Assembly: GCA_035248845.1 (NCBI GenBank)
Contig: DATFHB010000084.1
Location: 20,481 to 84,480, forward strand
Origin: Amycolatopsis sp.
GTDB taxonomy: Bacteria; Actinomycetota; Actinomycetes; Mycobacteriales; Pseudonocardiaceae
Direction: 5' to 3'
DNA: 64,000 bases
The notes under the pieces are model-generated. The model did no database searches, had not been told where the DNA came from, and worked only from the letters and a program-made list of their open reading frames with translations. Both the position numbers and the translations under genes were made by a program. Of the stretch, positions 8,502 through 22,880 are shown piece by piece (the first letter of the stretch is position 1; each line of letters opens with the position of its first letter).

Positions 8502-9668
8502 GTGTCGCGCTGGGTTGTGGGCGGGGCGCTCGCACTGGTGGTCGTGGCGGCCGGGACCGCGGTCGCGGTCTGGCGGCTCAACACCGGCGAGGCGGCCGGA
8601 AATCCCGTGATCGCGGTGTCGCGCTCGTCGTGCGGCCAGGGCTGGACCGACCCGAAACCGGGAGCGCAGACATTCCAGCTGCACAACACGGATTCGGTGA
8701 CCGCCGAGGCAGACCTGATCGACCCGGACACCGGCACCGTGTTCGGCGAGATCGAGGGACTCGGCTCGGGGACGACCCGCACCATGCAGGTGACGCTGGG
8801 CAACGGGTCCTACGCCTTCCGGTGCGCACCCGAGGAAACCGACCCCATCGTCGGCCCGAGTGTCACCATCACCGGCGGTGACGAGCGGTCCGGGCCAGCT
8901 GTCGTGCCGGTAACCCGCAACGACCTGCTGGGCGCGCTGCGGTCCTATCAGGACTACGTCGGCACCGGGCTCGGCACGCTCGTCACGCAGACCGACGCGC
9001 TGCAGGCCGCGCTGCACTCCGGCAACCGCGGTGCGAGCGACGGTGCGTGGCTGACCGCGCACCTCACCTACGAACGGCTCGGCGCCGCCTATGACGCGTT
9101 CGGCGACTCCGACAGCGCGATCAACGGCACGGCCGACGGGTTGCCGGGCGGCGTCGCGGACGACGGCTTCACCGGCTTCCACCGGCTCGAATACGGCCTG
9201 TGGCACGCGCAGGACATGAGCGCCCTCGCGGCCGTCGCCGACCGGCTCGCCGACGACGTGCACAAGCTGCACGACGCCTTCGCCGACCTGCAGGTGGATC
9301 CCAACGATCTCGGCCTTCGAGCCCACGAAATCATGGAGAACACACTGCAGTTCGAGCTCACCGGCCGCACCGACTACGGCAGCGGCACCAACCTCGCCAC
9401 CGCGCTGGCCAACCTCGACGGCACCAGGGCGGTGCTGACCGTGCTGCGGCCGCTGCTCGTCCCGCGATTGCCCCAACTGTCCGAAGTGGACAATTGGGTC
9501 AACCGCACCGACGCCGCGCTGCACTCGGCGCAACGGCCCGACGGCACCTGGACCCCGGTGGCCCAGCTCGCCGCGGGACCGCGCGAGAAGATCAACGCCG
9601 ACGTCAGCGAGCTGACCGAACTTCTCGCCCCGGTCGCCGCCATCGCGGAGCCGCGGAGAGTGTCATGA
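8502..9668 (+). CDS. efeO: EfeO/EfeM-family iron-binding protein (cupredoxin-like + imelysin/M75)
   Basis: N-terminal hydrophobic anchor, [39 protein letters not shown] (HxxE); SD AGGAG before GTG 8502. Confidence 0.8.
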   Translation: MSRWVVGGALALVVVAAGTAVAVWRLNTGEAAGNPVIAVSRSSCGQGWTDPKPGAQTFQLHNTDSVTAEADLIDPDTGTVFGEIEGLGSGTTRTMQVTLGNGSYAFRCAPEETDPIVGPSVTITGGDERSGPAVVPVTRNDLLGALRSYQDYVGTGLGTLVTQTDALQAALHSGNRGASDGAWLTAHLTYERLGAAYDAFGDSDSAINGTADGLPGGVADDGFTGFHRLEYGLWHAQDMSALAAVADRLADDVHKLHDAFADLQVDPNDLGLRAHEIMENTLQFELTGRTDYGSGTNLATALANLDGTRAVLTVLRPLLVPRLPQLSEVDNWVNRTDAALHSAQRPDGTWTPVAQLAAGPREKINADVSELTELLAPVAAIAEPRRVS

Positions 9669-10876
9669 CCGGGAACGTCGGGCGCCGCTCGTTCCTGCGG
9701 GGCGCGGTGCTGGGGGCGGGCGTCACCGCCGCGGGCGCGGGCATCACGGTGGCCGCGACCGCCGGTGGCCAACCGACGCACGCCGCCGAGAACCTGCCGT
9801 TCCACGCCACTCGCCAGGCCGGGATCCTGCGCAAACCCCCCGCGCAGACGATCGTGGCCTCCTTCGACTCGGTCGCCGCCAGCCGAGCCGAGCTGACCGG
9901 CCTGTTCCGCACGCTCACCGACCGGGCACGCTTCCTGACCAGCGGCGGCACGCCCACCGCTGTCGGCATCACCGCGCCACCGGCCGATTCCGGTGTGCTC
10001 GGGCCGTCGGTGCCGGCCGGCAACCTCACCGTGACGCTCGGGGTCGGGGCCTCGCTGTTCGACGACCGCTACGGCCTGGCCGGGAAGAAGCCGTTGCGAC
10101 TGACCGGCATGAGGACGTTCCCGAACGACGCGCTGGACCCGGCGCAGTGCCACGGCGACCTCTGCCTGACACTCGCGGCGGACGACACCGACACCGTGCT
10201 GCACGCGCTGCGCGACATCTCTCGCGCGACCCGGGGCGCGGTGCAGCCCCGGTGGAAGATCAACGGGTTCAGCTCGCCACCGCGCCCCGAAGGCACCCCG
10301 CGCAACCTGATGGGCTTCAAGGACGGCATCGCGAACCCGGCCGACGGCGACCTGGACCGGCTGGTGTGGGTGTCCGGTGGCGGCGAGCCCGCGTGGACCA
10401 CGGGCGGCACCTACCAGGTCGTCCGGCTGATCCGGATGCTCGTCGAGTTCTGGGACCGGGTGTCGCTGTCGGAGCAGGAGAACATGTTCGGCCGGCGTCG
10501 CGACACCGGCGCGCCCCTGGACGGCGCGAACGAGAACGACATCCCGCAGTACGCGCAGGACCCGGTCGGCACCGTCATCCCGCTCACCAGCCACATCCGC
10601 AAGGCCAACCCGCGCACGCCGGAGACCGACGACAGCCGGATCCTGCGCCGCGGTATCAACTACGACCGGGGCATCGACTCCAACGGCAACCTCGACATGG
10701 GACTGGTGTTCGTCAGCTACCAGCGGGACATCGCGCGCCAGTTCGAGGCCGTCCAAACGCGACTGATCGACGAGGCGCTGGTCGACTACATCTCGCCCTT
10801 CGGCGGCGGCTACTTCTTCACACTGCCCGGCGTGACCGGGCCCGACGACCACTTCGGCCGGGCGATGCTCGCCTGA
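9665..10876 (+). CDS. efeB: Tat-secreted Dyp-type peroxidase EfeB
   Basis: Tat signal [15 protein letters not shown] (GxxDG), [25 protein letters not shown]. Confidence 0.88.
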   Translation: MTGNVGRRSFLRGAVLGAGVTAAGAGITVAATAGGQPTHAAENLPFHATRQAGILRKPPAQTIVASFDSVAASRAELTGLFRTLTDRARFLTSGGTPTAVGITAPPADSGVLGPSVPAGNLTVTLGVGASLFDDRYGLAGKKPLRLTGMRTFPNDALDPAQCHGDLCLTLAADDTDTVLHALRDISRATRGAVQPRWKINGFSSPPRPEGTPRNLMGFKDGIANPADGDLDRLVWVSGGGEPAWTTGGTYQVVRLIRMLVEFWDRVSLSEQENMFGRRRDTGAPLDGANENDIPQYAQDPVGTVIPLTSHIRKANPRTPETDDSRILRRGINYDRGIDSNGNLDMGLVFVSYQRDIARQFEAVQTRLIDEALVDYISPFGGGYFFTLPGVTGPDDHFGRAMLA

Positions 10877-10912
10877 CCGGAGGGGATCCCTTCCCACCAC
10901 CAGGAGGACACA

Positions 10913-12589
10913 GTGGACAGAGCTTTCGGCAAGCGCCGTAAGCGAATGCTGCTCGGCGCCGGTGCGCTGGTGACCGCGGCCGGTATCGGCATCGCGGTCA
11001 GCACCGTCGGCGGAGCGGACGCGCAGCCGCTGCACGCGCTGCACGCCGACGGGCTGCACACCACCACGCCGATCAAGCATGTCGTGGTGATCTTCGGTGA
11101 GAACATCTCGTTCGACCACTACTTCGGCACCTACCCGAACGCGGCGAACACCGACGGCACGCCGTTCCAGGCCGCCAAGGGCACTCCGGGTGTCGACGGG
11201 CTGACCCCGGCGCTGCTGAAGGACAACCCCAACGCCTACAACCCGAAGCGCCTGACCTCGAGCCAGGCGCTGACCTGCGACCAGAACCACACCTATGGTG
11301 CGGAGCAGAAGGCGTTCGACAACGGCAAGATGGACAAGTTCTTCGAGAACACCGAGACCGACAAGTGCACCGGGCAGCCGCTGCTGTTCGGCGAGCCGGG
11401 CCTGGTGATGGACTACTACGACGGCAACACCGTCACCGGCATGTGGAACTACGCGCAGAACTACGCCATGAGCGACAACTCGTTCAACACCGTGTTCGGC
11501 CCCTCGACGCCCGGCGCGATCAACCTGATCTCGGGCCAGACGCACGGCATGCAGGCCGTCAACTCGGTGACGCACGCGCCGACCAGCGACTCGTACGTGG
11601 TCCAGTCGCCGGACGCCGGCGGCGTCGGCACGGTCATCAACGATCCCGACCCCGCCTACGACGACTGCTCGGACAAGAACCACACCACGACCTCGAACCT
11701 CGGCGCGATGCAGGGCACCAACATCGGTGACCTGCTCAACACGAAGGGCGTCACCTGGGGCTGGTTCCAGGGCGGCTTCCGGCCGACTGGCACCGCCAAC
11801 GGGTACGCCGTGTGCGGCCAGACCCACGCCAACATCGGTGGGATTCCGGCGGTGGACTACAGCCCGCACCACGAGCCGTTCCAGTACTACAAGTCGACGG
11901 CGAACGCCAAGCACCTGCCGCCGAGTTCGGTGGCCGCGATCGGGCAGACCGACCAGGCCAATCACCAGTACGACAGCACCGACTTCGACTCCGCACTGCA
12001 GGCCGGGAACACACCCGCGGTGAGCTTCCTCAAGGCGCCGGAGTACCAGGACGGTCACGCCGGCTACTCGGACCCGCTGGACGAGCAGCAGTTCGTGGTG
12101 AACGAGATCAACAAGATCCAGAAGTCGAAGGACTGGGACTCCACCGCGATCGTGCTGGCCTACGACGACTCGGACGGCTGGTACGACCACGTCGACTCGA
12201 AGATCATCAACGGCTCCCAGGACGCGGCGCAGGACACCGCGATGTGCACGTCGCAGAACAAGACCCAAGGCGGCTACGCCGACCGCTGCGGTTACGGCCC
12301 GCGCCTGCCGCTGCTGGTGATCTCGCCGTTCGCGAAGACGAACTTCGTCGACCACACCCGCACCGACCAGACCTCGGTGCTGCAGTTCGTGGAGGACAAC
12401 TGGGCCACCGGCCGGGTCGGTGACTCGTCGTTCGACACGCGCGCCGGCAGCCTGTCGAACATGCTCGACTTCCACGGCCGCCCGGCTGCCGCTGTCCAAC
12501 TCGACCCGAAGACCGGTGCTGTCGTGAGCACCGGCTACGGGCAGCATGGGCAGGGCGACGACAACGGTCAGGGACAGAACCACAACTGA
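10913..12589 (+). CDS. Secreted phospholipase C / AcpA-like phosphoesterase
   Basis: IKHVVVIFGENISFDHYFG, FGPSTPGAINL, DGHAGYS, YDDSDGWYDHV, GYGPRLPLLVISPF; SD AGGAGG. Confidence 0.88.
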   Translation: MDRAFGKRRKRMLLGAGALVTAAGIGIAVSTVGGADAQPLHALHADGLHTTTPIKHVVVIFGENISFDHYFGTYPNAANTDGTPFQAAKGTPGVDGLTPALLKDNPNAYNPKRLTSSQALTCDQNHTYGAEQKAFDNGKMDKFFENTETDKCTGQPLLFGEPGLVMDYYDGNTVTGMWNYAQNYAMSDNSFNTVFGPSTPGAINLISGQTHGMQAVNSVTHAPTSDSYVVQSPDAGGVGTVINDPDPAYDDCSDKNHTTTSNLGAMQGTNIGDLLNTKGVTWGWFQGGFRPTGTANGYAVCGQTHANIGGIPAVDYSPHHEPFQYYKSTANAKHLPPSSVAAIGQTDQANHQYDSTDFDSALQAGNTPAVSFLKAPEYQDGHAGYSDPLDEQQFVVNEINKIQKSKDWDSTAIVLAYDDSDGWYDHVDSKIINGSQDAAQDTAMCTSQNKTQGGYADRCGYGPRLPLLVISPFAKTNFVDHTRTDQTSVLQFVEDNWATGRVGDSSFDTRAGSLSNMLDFHGRPAAAVQLDPKTGAVVSTGYGQHGQGDDNGQGQNHN

Positions 12590-12604
12590 CCCGCCCGACG
12601 AGGA

Positions 12605-12665
12605 CGCTCCCCGGCAAGGTGGTGCCGCCGCGACTGGCGCGGGTGGGCACCACCACCGGGGAGCG
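12605..12665 (+). terminator. Long hairpin after plc
   Basis: CGCTCCCCGG/CCGGGGAGCG with inner GGTGGTGCC/GGCACCACC. Confidence 0.55.
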
Positions 12666-12740
12666 GATTCTGTGGGACGTGAGCGTCGAGCGCCCGGGCG
12701 CCTCCGTCAGCGAGAGCTGAGGACGCGCCGATGAACCTGC

Positions 12741-12775
12741 AAAAGCGCCGCGAGCCTGAACCAGGCTCGCGGCGC
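12741..12775 (-). terminator. Intrinsic terminator of acnA
   Basis: 14-bp stem GCGCCGCGAGCCTG/CAGGCTCGCGGCGC followed by TTTT on the minus strand. Confidence 0.7.
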
Positions 12776-12790
12776 ATCGCTGTGAAACCG

Positions 12791-15709
<2,919 letters not shown>

Positions 15710-15721
15710 CTACCAGCCAAA

Positions 15722-15737
15722 CAGTACGCTTGTCCTT
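15722..15737 (-). promoter_or_regulatory. AcnR operator upstream of acnA
   Basis: Minus strand AAGGACAAGCGTACTG, 1 mismatch to CAGNACnnncGTACTG. Confidence 0.7.
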
Positions 15738-15856
15738 TTTTGAGTTCAAGCCTGACACGCTGTGACCTCACGTGATCGTCGGCTCTCCGCGAACGGGCTG
15801 AATGCGACACCGCGCCACCAGAAGGGGCACGGTGGCACATTCAGCCCGGCGGGTTG

Positions 15857-17278
15857 CTAGTTCGCGGCCTTGATGACGGCGGTGATGTCGCCCGGTTGCA
15901 GGCTGCGCAGCACCGTCATGCCCTGCTCGGTGATCGTGCGCAGCGGGCTCACGTAGAACTTGCCGCCGACCTGGGTGGTGATGACGCCGAGGCCCTGGCT
16001 GAGCATCCCGGTGGCGAGGTGCTCCAGCACGGCCTGGGCATCCGACGGCAGCGACGTGGGGATCCCGCTCTCCATCTGTTGCGCGAGCTGGTCGGCGCAG
16101 ATGCGCTGGGTCTGGCCCTCGCCGGTGGCGTTGTAGCAGCTGCCGTCCTTGGTGACCGCGTACTGCTCGCCGGACGGGGCCTCGAACTTGACCGAGGTGA
16201 GCGTGGCGCGGGTGCCGCCGCTGACCGCGGACGTCTGGGTCTGCAGGTCGAGGATCTTGGCGCCGGTGGGCTCCGCGTCCTTGCCCATCGCGTCCAGGAT
16301 CGCCGGACCCGCGTCGTGCAGCACCGCCATCTCGTCCGGCGGCAGCAGTTCGATGACACGCTTGACGTCGGCGTCGAGCGCGGCCTGCAGCAACTGCTTG
16401 ACGGCGTCGTTGGCCGAGCCCGCGCCGTTCGCCGCGATCGACGTGGTCGGCCACTTCTGGTGCGCGTCCTGCAGCGCGTAGTCCGCGATCGTGTACAGCA
16501 GGCTCGGGTACCACTCGCCGTCGACCTTGACCGTCGCGATCCGGACCGGCTTGCCGCTCTCGCGGACCTTGTCGGCGATGTTGATCGTCTCGGTGTCGGT
16601 GCCCTGGGGGCGATCGGCGGCGGGCACCGCGTCGTCGAGGAACTCCTTGGCCAGCGGCAGCTTGCTGAAGTCGCTGGTGATCGTGATCGTGCCCGCGGTC
16701 AGCTTGGTGATGGTCACATGGTCGTTGACCTGCTCGGCGCCGGCCTCGTCGAACGTGAGGTTCTCCGTCTTGACCTGGACGCCGCTGAGCGCCTTCGGGT
16801 CGGCGGAGGAGTCGAGCACCTGGAGCCGTTTCAGCTCACTCGTCGCGTCGGAGATCGGGTCGGTGAACAGCTTCGACTCGGCAGGCGCGAGACTCTCGGC
16901 CACTCCCACGATGTCGCTCTTGGAGATCGAGCTCGCGAGCTTCATCGCGGCGGCGGTCGGGGTGTCGGCGCCGGAGTCGTAGCCCGACAGTGCGAAGTAG
17001 GTGCCCACACCGCCGCCCACGAGGACGACGAGCGCGACGACCAGGCCGATGATCACACCCTTGCGGCTCCGGCGCGGCGGCGCGGGCGGCGGGTAGCCGG
17101 GCTGCTGGCCGTAGCCGGGCTGCGGCTGGTAATACGGCGGGTTCCCGCCCGGCGGTGTGTTCTGCGGGTACGCCTGGGGCTGGGTGCCGCCCGGCGCCTG
17201 CTGATATCCGCCCGGTGGCTGCTGCGGCCATTGGCCAGGCTGCTGGGGCCACTGGCCCGGCTGGTCCGGTGTGGTCAC
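15857..17278 (-). CDS. Membrane-anchored hypothetical protein with Pro/Gln-rich N-terminus
   Basis: PQ-rich tail, one TM helix, extracytoplasmic part with two similar segments (ADTPTAAAMKL..LAPAE / AGSANDAVKQL..LPPDE). Confidence 0.75.
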   Translation of the reverse strand: MTTPDQPGQWPQQPGQWPQQPPGGYQQAPGGTQPQAYPQNTPPGGNPPYYQPQPGYGQQPGYPPPAPPRRSRKGVIIGLVVALVVLVGGGVGTYFALSGYDSGADTPTAAAMKLASSISKSDIVGVAESLAPAESKLFTDPISDATSELKRLQVLDSSADPKALSGVQVKTENLTFDEAGAEQVNDHVTITKLTAGTITITSDFSKLPLAKEFLDDAVPAADRPQGTDTETINIADKVRESGKPVRIATVKVDGEWYPSLLYTIADYALQDAHQKWPTTSIAANGAGSANDAVKQLLQAALDADVKRVIELLPPDEMAVLHDAGPAILDAMGKDAEPTGAKILDLQTQTSAVSGGTRATLTSVKFEAPSGEQYAVTKDGSCYNATGEGQTQRICADQLAQQMESGIPTSLPSDAQAVLEHLATGMLSQGLGVITTQVGGKFYVSPLRTITEQGMTVLRSLQPGDITAVIKAAN

Positions 17279-17736
17279 GGCTGTTCCCCTGTTCCCCTCG
17301 TCAAGTGCGCGCGCCGGGAGACCAGTGCCCCCAGCGCGCCGGCCAGCGCGACGATCGCGCCGGCCATCGTGGTGATCGGACCGGTCAGGGTGATGCCGAC
17401 CAGTCCGTCCGTCGTTCCGCTTTGGACGCAGCCGAGCAGTGCGACGGTTCCCACGGATATCGCGAGCAGTGCCGTCACCGTTGCACCCGTGCGGAGGAGG
17501 CCCAGCGCGAGCAGGCCGATGCAGGCCGCTCCCAGCAGCGGGACGGCGAACCAGACGCGCAGCGCCGCCCCGGCGAACGCGCTGTCGACCAGCGACAACC
17601 GCCCGGCCAGACTCGCGGCCTCATAGCTGTGCCGTTCGACGCTGCCGGAGTGGAACCACGGCAGGAACGTGCCCGCGACCAGCGTGATCAGGCCGACTGC
17701 CGACACCCCCGCCAGCACCCGCTGGACCCGCGTCAT
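17275..17736 (-). CDS. Small multi-TM hypothetical protein
   Basis: About 4 hydrophobic segments, GTFLPWFHSG; GTGA overlap with the downstream gene. Confidence 0.7.
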   Translation of the reverse strand: MTRVQRVLAGVSAVGLITLVAGTFLPWFHSGSVERHSYEAASLAGRLSLVDSAFAGAALRVWFAVPLLGAACIGLLALGLLRTGATVTALLAISVGTVALLGCVQSGTTDGLVGITLTGPITTMAGAIVALAGALGALVSRRAHLTRGTGEQP

Positions 17737-17903
17737 CCGATACACCCCCTTTACTCAACCGGCTGCCCCGATCGGACGTGCGACCCCCCGAGAAAGGTCC
17801 CCCGATCGGGGAATTGTTGCGCACGATGCTGAAGTGTCTTGTGGTGTATCTGGTAAGTGTGTGACAGGAGTATGGCTTGTGTCCCTACTCGGAGGTGGAG
17901 GGC

Positions 17904-19244
17904 GTGCTGGTGACGCGGCGTCAACGGGTGGCCCGCTGGGCGGCTGTCACGGCCCTGGCGGTCACCACTGTCCTCGCCACCGCGGGCACCGGCGTCGCCG
18001 TGCCGCCCCCGCCGCCCAACCCGAGTGACGGGGAGATCAGCTCCAGCCAGGCCGACGCCAACGCCAAGGCAGGCGAGGTCGGGCAACTCACCAACCAGCT
18101 CGCCACCGCCGAGACCAAGCTGTCCGACCTGCAGGACGATGTCGAGCTGAAGCAAGAGCAGGCCAACAAGGCGCTGGTCGACCAGCAGACCGCCGAGGAC
18201 GCCGCCACCCAGGCCCAGTCCGATGCCGACGCGGCGCGCAAGGAGTCCGACGCGGCCGCCGCGCAGATCGACGTCGCCCGCAAGCAACTCGACGGGTTCA
18301 TCGCCGGCAGCTACCAGCAGGGCAGCATGATCGGCTCGATCTCGGCCTACCTGTCCTCCTCCAGTCCGCAAGACCTGCTGGCCCGGTCGCAGCTGCTGTC
18401 ATCGGTCAGCGACAGCCAGCTCAACGCGCTGCACCTGATGGAACAGGCGCAGACCGACAAGGCCAACAAGGACAGCGCGGCCCGCGCCGCGTTGCAGCGC
18501 GCTCAGCAGAAGCAGGCCGCCGCGGTGCAGGCCAAGCACAACGCCGACGCGGCGCAGCAGGCCGCGATCGCCGCGCAGCAGAGCCAGGCGGCGCAGACGG
18601 CGCAGCTCGAGGCGAACAAGAACACCGTCGAACAGCAGCTCTACGACGCTCAGCAGCGGGTTTCCGGGCTCCAGGGGCAGCGCCAGCGCTATCAGGACTG
18701 GCTCACGCAGAAGCAGCGCGAGGACGAAGAGAACGCGCGCCGGGCCGCGCTCGCCGCCGCCAAGGGCAACAGCGGCGGTAGCGGCGGTGGTGGCGGCACC
18801 GCACCGCCGGTGACCGGGTCGACCAGCGTGCTCATCGACCGCGTCATCGCGCGAGCGATGGCCCAGCTGGGCATGCCGTACGCCTGGGGCGGCGGCACCG
18901 CGAGCGGGCCCTCGCGCGGCATCCACGACGGCGGCGTGGCCGACGCCTACGGCGACTACAACAAGATCGGCTTCGACTGCTCGGGCCTGATGATCTACGC
19001 GTTCGGCGGCGTGGTGTCGCTGCCGCACTACAGCGGCTATCAGTACACGGCGGGCCGGCAGGTGCCGCTGTCCCAGATGCGCCGCGGCGACCTGCTGTTC
19101 TGGGGCCGCAGCGACATCCACCACGTGGCGCTCTACCTCGGCAACGGCATGATGATCGAGGCGCCGCAGTCCGGCATGGTCGTCCGCGTCACCGCGGTCC
19201 GCTACGGCGACATCCTCCCGTACGCCACCCGACTGATCAGTTAG
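17904..19244 (+). CDS. ripA: RipA-like NlpC/P60 peptidoglycan endopeptidase with coiled coil
   Basis: Signal peptide, long coiled coil, GMPYAWGGG, GFDCSGL, HHVALYLGNGMMIEAP; syntenic position between acnA and moxR; start approximate. Confidence 0.85.
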   Translation: MLVTRRQRVARWAAVTALAVTTVLATAGTGVAVPPPPPNPSDGEISSSQADANAKAGEVGQLTNQLATAETKLSDLQDDVELKQEQANKALVDQQTAEDAATQAQSDADAARKESDAAAAQIDVARKQLDGFIAGSYQQGSMIGSISAYLSSSSPQDLLARSQLLSSVSDSQLNALHLMEQAQTDKANKDSAARAALQRAQQKQAAAVQAKHNADAAQQAAIAAQQSQAAQTAQLEANKNTVEQQLYDAQQRVSGLQGQRQRYQDWLTQKQREDEENARRAALAAAKGNSGGSGGGGGTAPPVTGSTSVLIDRVIARAMAQLGMPYAWGGGTASGPSRGIHDGGVADAYGDYNKIGFDCSGLMIYAFGGVVSLPHYSGYQYTAGRQVPLSQMRRGDLLFWGRSDIHHVALYLGNGMMIEAPQSGMVVRVTAVRYGDILPYATRLIS

Positions 19245-19260
19245 CGGTTAGCCTGGGGCG

Positions 19261-19833
19261 ATGACCGACCTCGCCGGGATCGTGCTCGCCGGCGGCGCCG
19301 CGCGGCGACTGTCCGGTGTGGACAAACCGATGCTGGAGATCGACGGCAAACCGTTGCTGCGCCGTGCTGTCGACGCGCTCGCGGCGGCTTCGCCCGTCGT
19401 AGTCGTCGGCCCCGAGCGGCCCGGGATCGGCGGCGTCCTGTGGACGCGCGAGGAACCGCCCGGCGGCGGGCCGGTGGCGGCGCTCGCGGCCGGGATCGCG
19501 CTGGTGGACACTCCGCTCGTCGCCGTGCTGGCCGGTGACCTTGTCGCCATGACATCGTCCACTGTGGACAACCTGCGGGACGCGCTGGGCGGCCACGACG
19601 GTGCGGTGCTCGTCGACGGCGAGGGCCACCGCCAGTGGCTGATCGGCTTGTGGCGCACGGAGAGCCTTCGCGCCGCGTTGCCCGCCGTCCCTGCCGGCGC
19701 GTCGCTGCGTGGCGTGCTGGGCGCGCTCGACATCGCGGACGTGCCCGCCGGCGCGGGGGAGGGCGTGGACGTCGATACCCCGGCGGACCTGGCACGCTAT
19801 ACCGACGGCTCACAGCCCTCACACGGATCGTGA
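19261..19833 (+). CDS. MobA-like NTP transferase
   Basis: GIVLAGGAARRLSGVDKP, GGGPVAALAAG, DVDTPADL; -10 TAGCCT 6 nt upstream (leaderless). Confidence 0.82.
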   Translation: MTDLAGIVLAGGAARRLSGVDKPMLEIDGKPLLRRAVDALAAASPVVVVGPERPGIGGVLWTREEPPGGGPVAALAAGIALVDTPLVAVLAGDLVAMTSSTVDNLRDALGGHDGAVLVDGEGHRQWLIGLWRTESLRAALPAVPAGASLRGVLGALDIADVPAGAGEGVDVDTPADLARYTDGSQPSHGS

Positions 19834-19887
19834 TGTTGACTACCGATAACGTCGCAGGTGCACAGCGAACGTAGCGAGGAGGGAACC

Positions 19888-20955
<1,068 letters not shown>

Positions 20956-21894
20956 GTGGCTAGCGAGGAGAACAGGCCGTCGTGGGCGCCGCCGATCCTG
21001 CGAGGCGACCGGCTCGAGGCGGGCCTGCGCACGCTCGAACTCGACGTGCGGCGTCGGCTGGACGGGTTGCTGCAGGGCAACCACCTGGGGCTGGTGCCGG
21101 GACCGGGATCCGAGGCGGGGGAGGCGCGGCCCTACCAGCCCGGTGACGACGTGCGGCGGATGGACTGGGCGGTCACGGCCCGCACCACGGTGCCGCACAT
21201 CCGGGAGACCGTCGCCGACCGCGAACTCGAGACCTGGGTGGCCGCCGACCTATCGGCGAGCCTGGACTTCGGCACCGCGCTGTCGGAGAAGCGTGACCTG
21301 GCACTGTGCGCGGTCGCGGCCGTCGCCTACCTCACCGGCGGCGGTGGCAACCGGCTCGGCGCGGTCATGTCCAACGGCCCCGACACGGTGCGCGTGCCGG
21401 CGCGCGGGGGGCGGGCGCACACGCGCAGCGTGCTGAAGAAGATGGCCGGGCTGCCGCGCGCGGGCGAGGGCAGCCGCGGTGACCTGGCCGCACTCGTCGA
21501 GCAGTTGCGCCGGCCGCCGCGGCGGCGCGGGCTGGCCGTGGTCGTGTCCGACTTCCTGGGCGGACTCGACTGGCAGCGGCCGCTGCGCGGGCTGTCCGCC
21601 CGGCACGACCTGGTGGCCGTCGAGGTGCTCGACCCGCGGGACGTCGACCTGCCCGAGGTCGGCACGATCGTGCTGGCCGACCCGGAAACCGGGCGGCAGC
21701 GCGAAGTGCACGCGTCGGCGTTGCTGCGGCGCGAGTTCGCCGCGGCGGCCCAGGCGCACCGCGACCAGGTAGCGCAGGCCCTGCGGCAGGCGGGTGCCGC
21801 GCATCTGGTGCTGCGCACCGACTCCGACTGGATCGCCGACACCGTGCGGTTCGTGGTGGCCCGTAAACGCCGGTGGTCGGGAGGAGCCGCATGA
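20956..21894 (+). CDS. DUF58 domain protein
   Basis: RPYQPGDDVRRMDW, DLSASLDFG, VVSDFL. Confidence 0.9.
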   Translation: MASEENRPSWAPPILRGDRLEAGLRTLELDVRRRLDGLLQGNHLGLVPGPGSEAGEARPYQPGDDVRRMDWAVTARTTVPHIRETVADRELETWVAADLSASLDFGTALSEKRDLALCAVAAVAYLTGGGGNRLGAVMSNGPDTVRVPARGGRAHTRSVLKKMAGLPRAGEGSRGDLAALVEQLRRPPRRRGLAVVVSDFLGGLDWQRPLRGLSARHDLVAVEVLDPRDVDLPEVGTIVLADPETGRQREVHASALLRREFAAAAQAHRDQVAQALRQAGAAHLVLRTDSDWIADTVRFVVARKRRWSGGAA

Positions 21895-22871
21895 GCCTGC
21901 GGGGTTTCACCGCGCCCGGGTGGTTCCTGCTGCTGATCGCCGCCGCGGCGGTCGCGGCCGGTTACGTGCTCGCGCAGCGCGCCCGCCGCAAGCGCACGAT
22001 GCGCTTCTCCAATCTGGAGCTGCTGGAACGGGTGGCGCCCCGGTCGCAGGGCTGGCGCCGGCACATACCGGCGGCGCTGCTGATCGTGTCGCTGATCCTG
22101 CTGACGGTGGGGCTCGCGGGCCCGACGGCGCAGCAGAAGGTGCCGCGCAACCGGGCCACGGTGATGCTGGTGATTGACGTGTCGCTGTCGATGGAGGCCA
22201 CCGACGTCAAGCCAACCCGGATCAAGGCGGCGCAGGACGCGGCCACCGCGTTCGCGCAGGGACTCACCCCGGGCATCAACCTCGGGCTCGTCTCGTTCGC
22301 GGGCACGGCCACCGTGCTGGTGGCGCCCACCACCGAGCGGCAGAGCGTGGTCACCGCGATCGACAACCTGAAGCTGGCGCAGTCCACCGCGACCGGCGAG
22401 GGGATTTACGCGGCGCTGCAGGCGATCCAGGGGTTCTCGGCGGTCGTCGGCGGCGCGGACGGGCCACCGCCGGCGCGGATCGTGCTGATGAGCGACGGCA
22501 AGCAGACCGTGCCCGAGGACCTCTACGCACCGCGCGGCGCGTTCACGGCGGCGCAGGAGGCGAAGAAGGAACAGGTCCCGATCTCCACGATCTCGTTCGG
22601 TACCGACCACGGCAGCGTGGAGATCGAAGGCCGTGAGGTGCCGGTGGACGTCGACGACGGCTCGTTGCAGGAGGTCGCGCGGCTGTCCGGCGGCGAGTTC
22701 TACCAGGCCGGGTCCGCCGAGCAGCTCAAAGCGGTCTACGCCGACCTCGGCGAGCAGATCGGGTACGAGGTCAAGAACGCCGACGCGAGCAGACCGTGGA
22801 TCGTGCTCGGCACGCTGTGCCTGATCATCGCGGCCGGCAGCGCGCTGTTCCTGGGCCAACGCCTGCCCTAG
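21891..22871 (+). CDS. BatA-like vWA domain membrane protein
   Basis: MIDAS DVSLSM, LMSDGKQ, N- and C-terminal TM helices. Confidence 0.9.
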   Translation: MSLRGFTAPGWFLLLIAAAAVAAGYVLAQRARRKRTMRFSNLELLERVAPRSQGWRRHIPAALLIVSLILLTVGLAGPTAQQKVPRNRATVMLVIDVSLSMEATDVKPTRIKAAQDAATAFAQGLTPGINLGLVSFAGTATVLVAPTTERQSVVTAIDNLKLAQSTATGEGIYAALQAIQGFSAVVGGADGPPPARIVLMSDGKQTVPEDLYAPRGAFTAAQEAKKEQVPISTISFGTDHGSVEIEGREVPVDVDDGSLQEVARLSGGEFYQAGSAEQLKAVYADLGEQIGYEVKNADASRPWIVLGTLCLIIAAGSALFLGQRLP

Positions 22872-22880
22872 CGTGGGGTC

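Noticed and set aside
12680-12730. Extra hairpin between plc and acnA as an ncRNA
   Set aside because: It lies among convergent terminator structures and has no promoter or recognisable motif
17740-17900. c-di-AMP (ydaO) riboswitch upstream of the NlpC/P60 gene
   Set aside because: The characteristic GCTGAATCC / GGGGTGAAT / CCGTCAGCTAAC segments are not present
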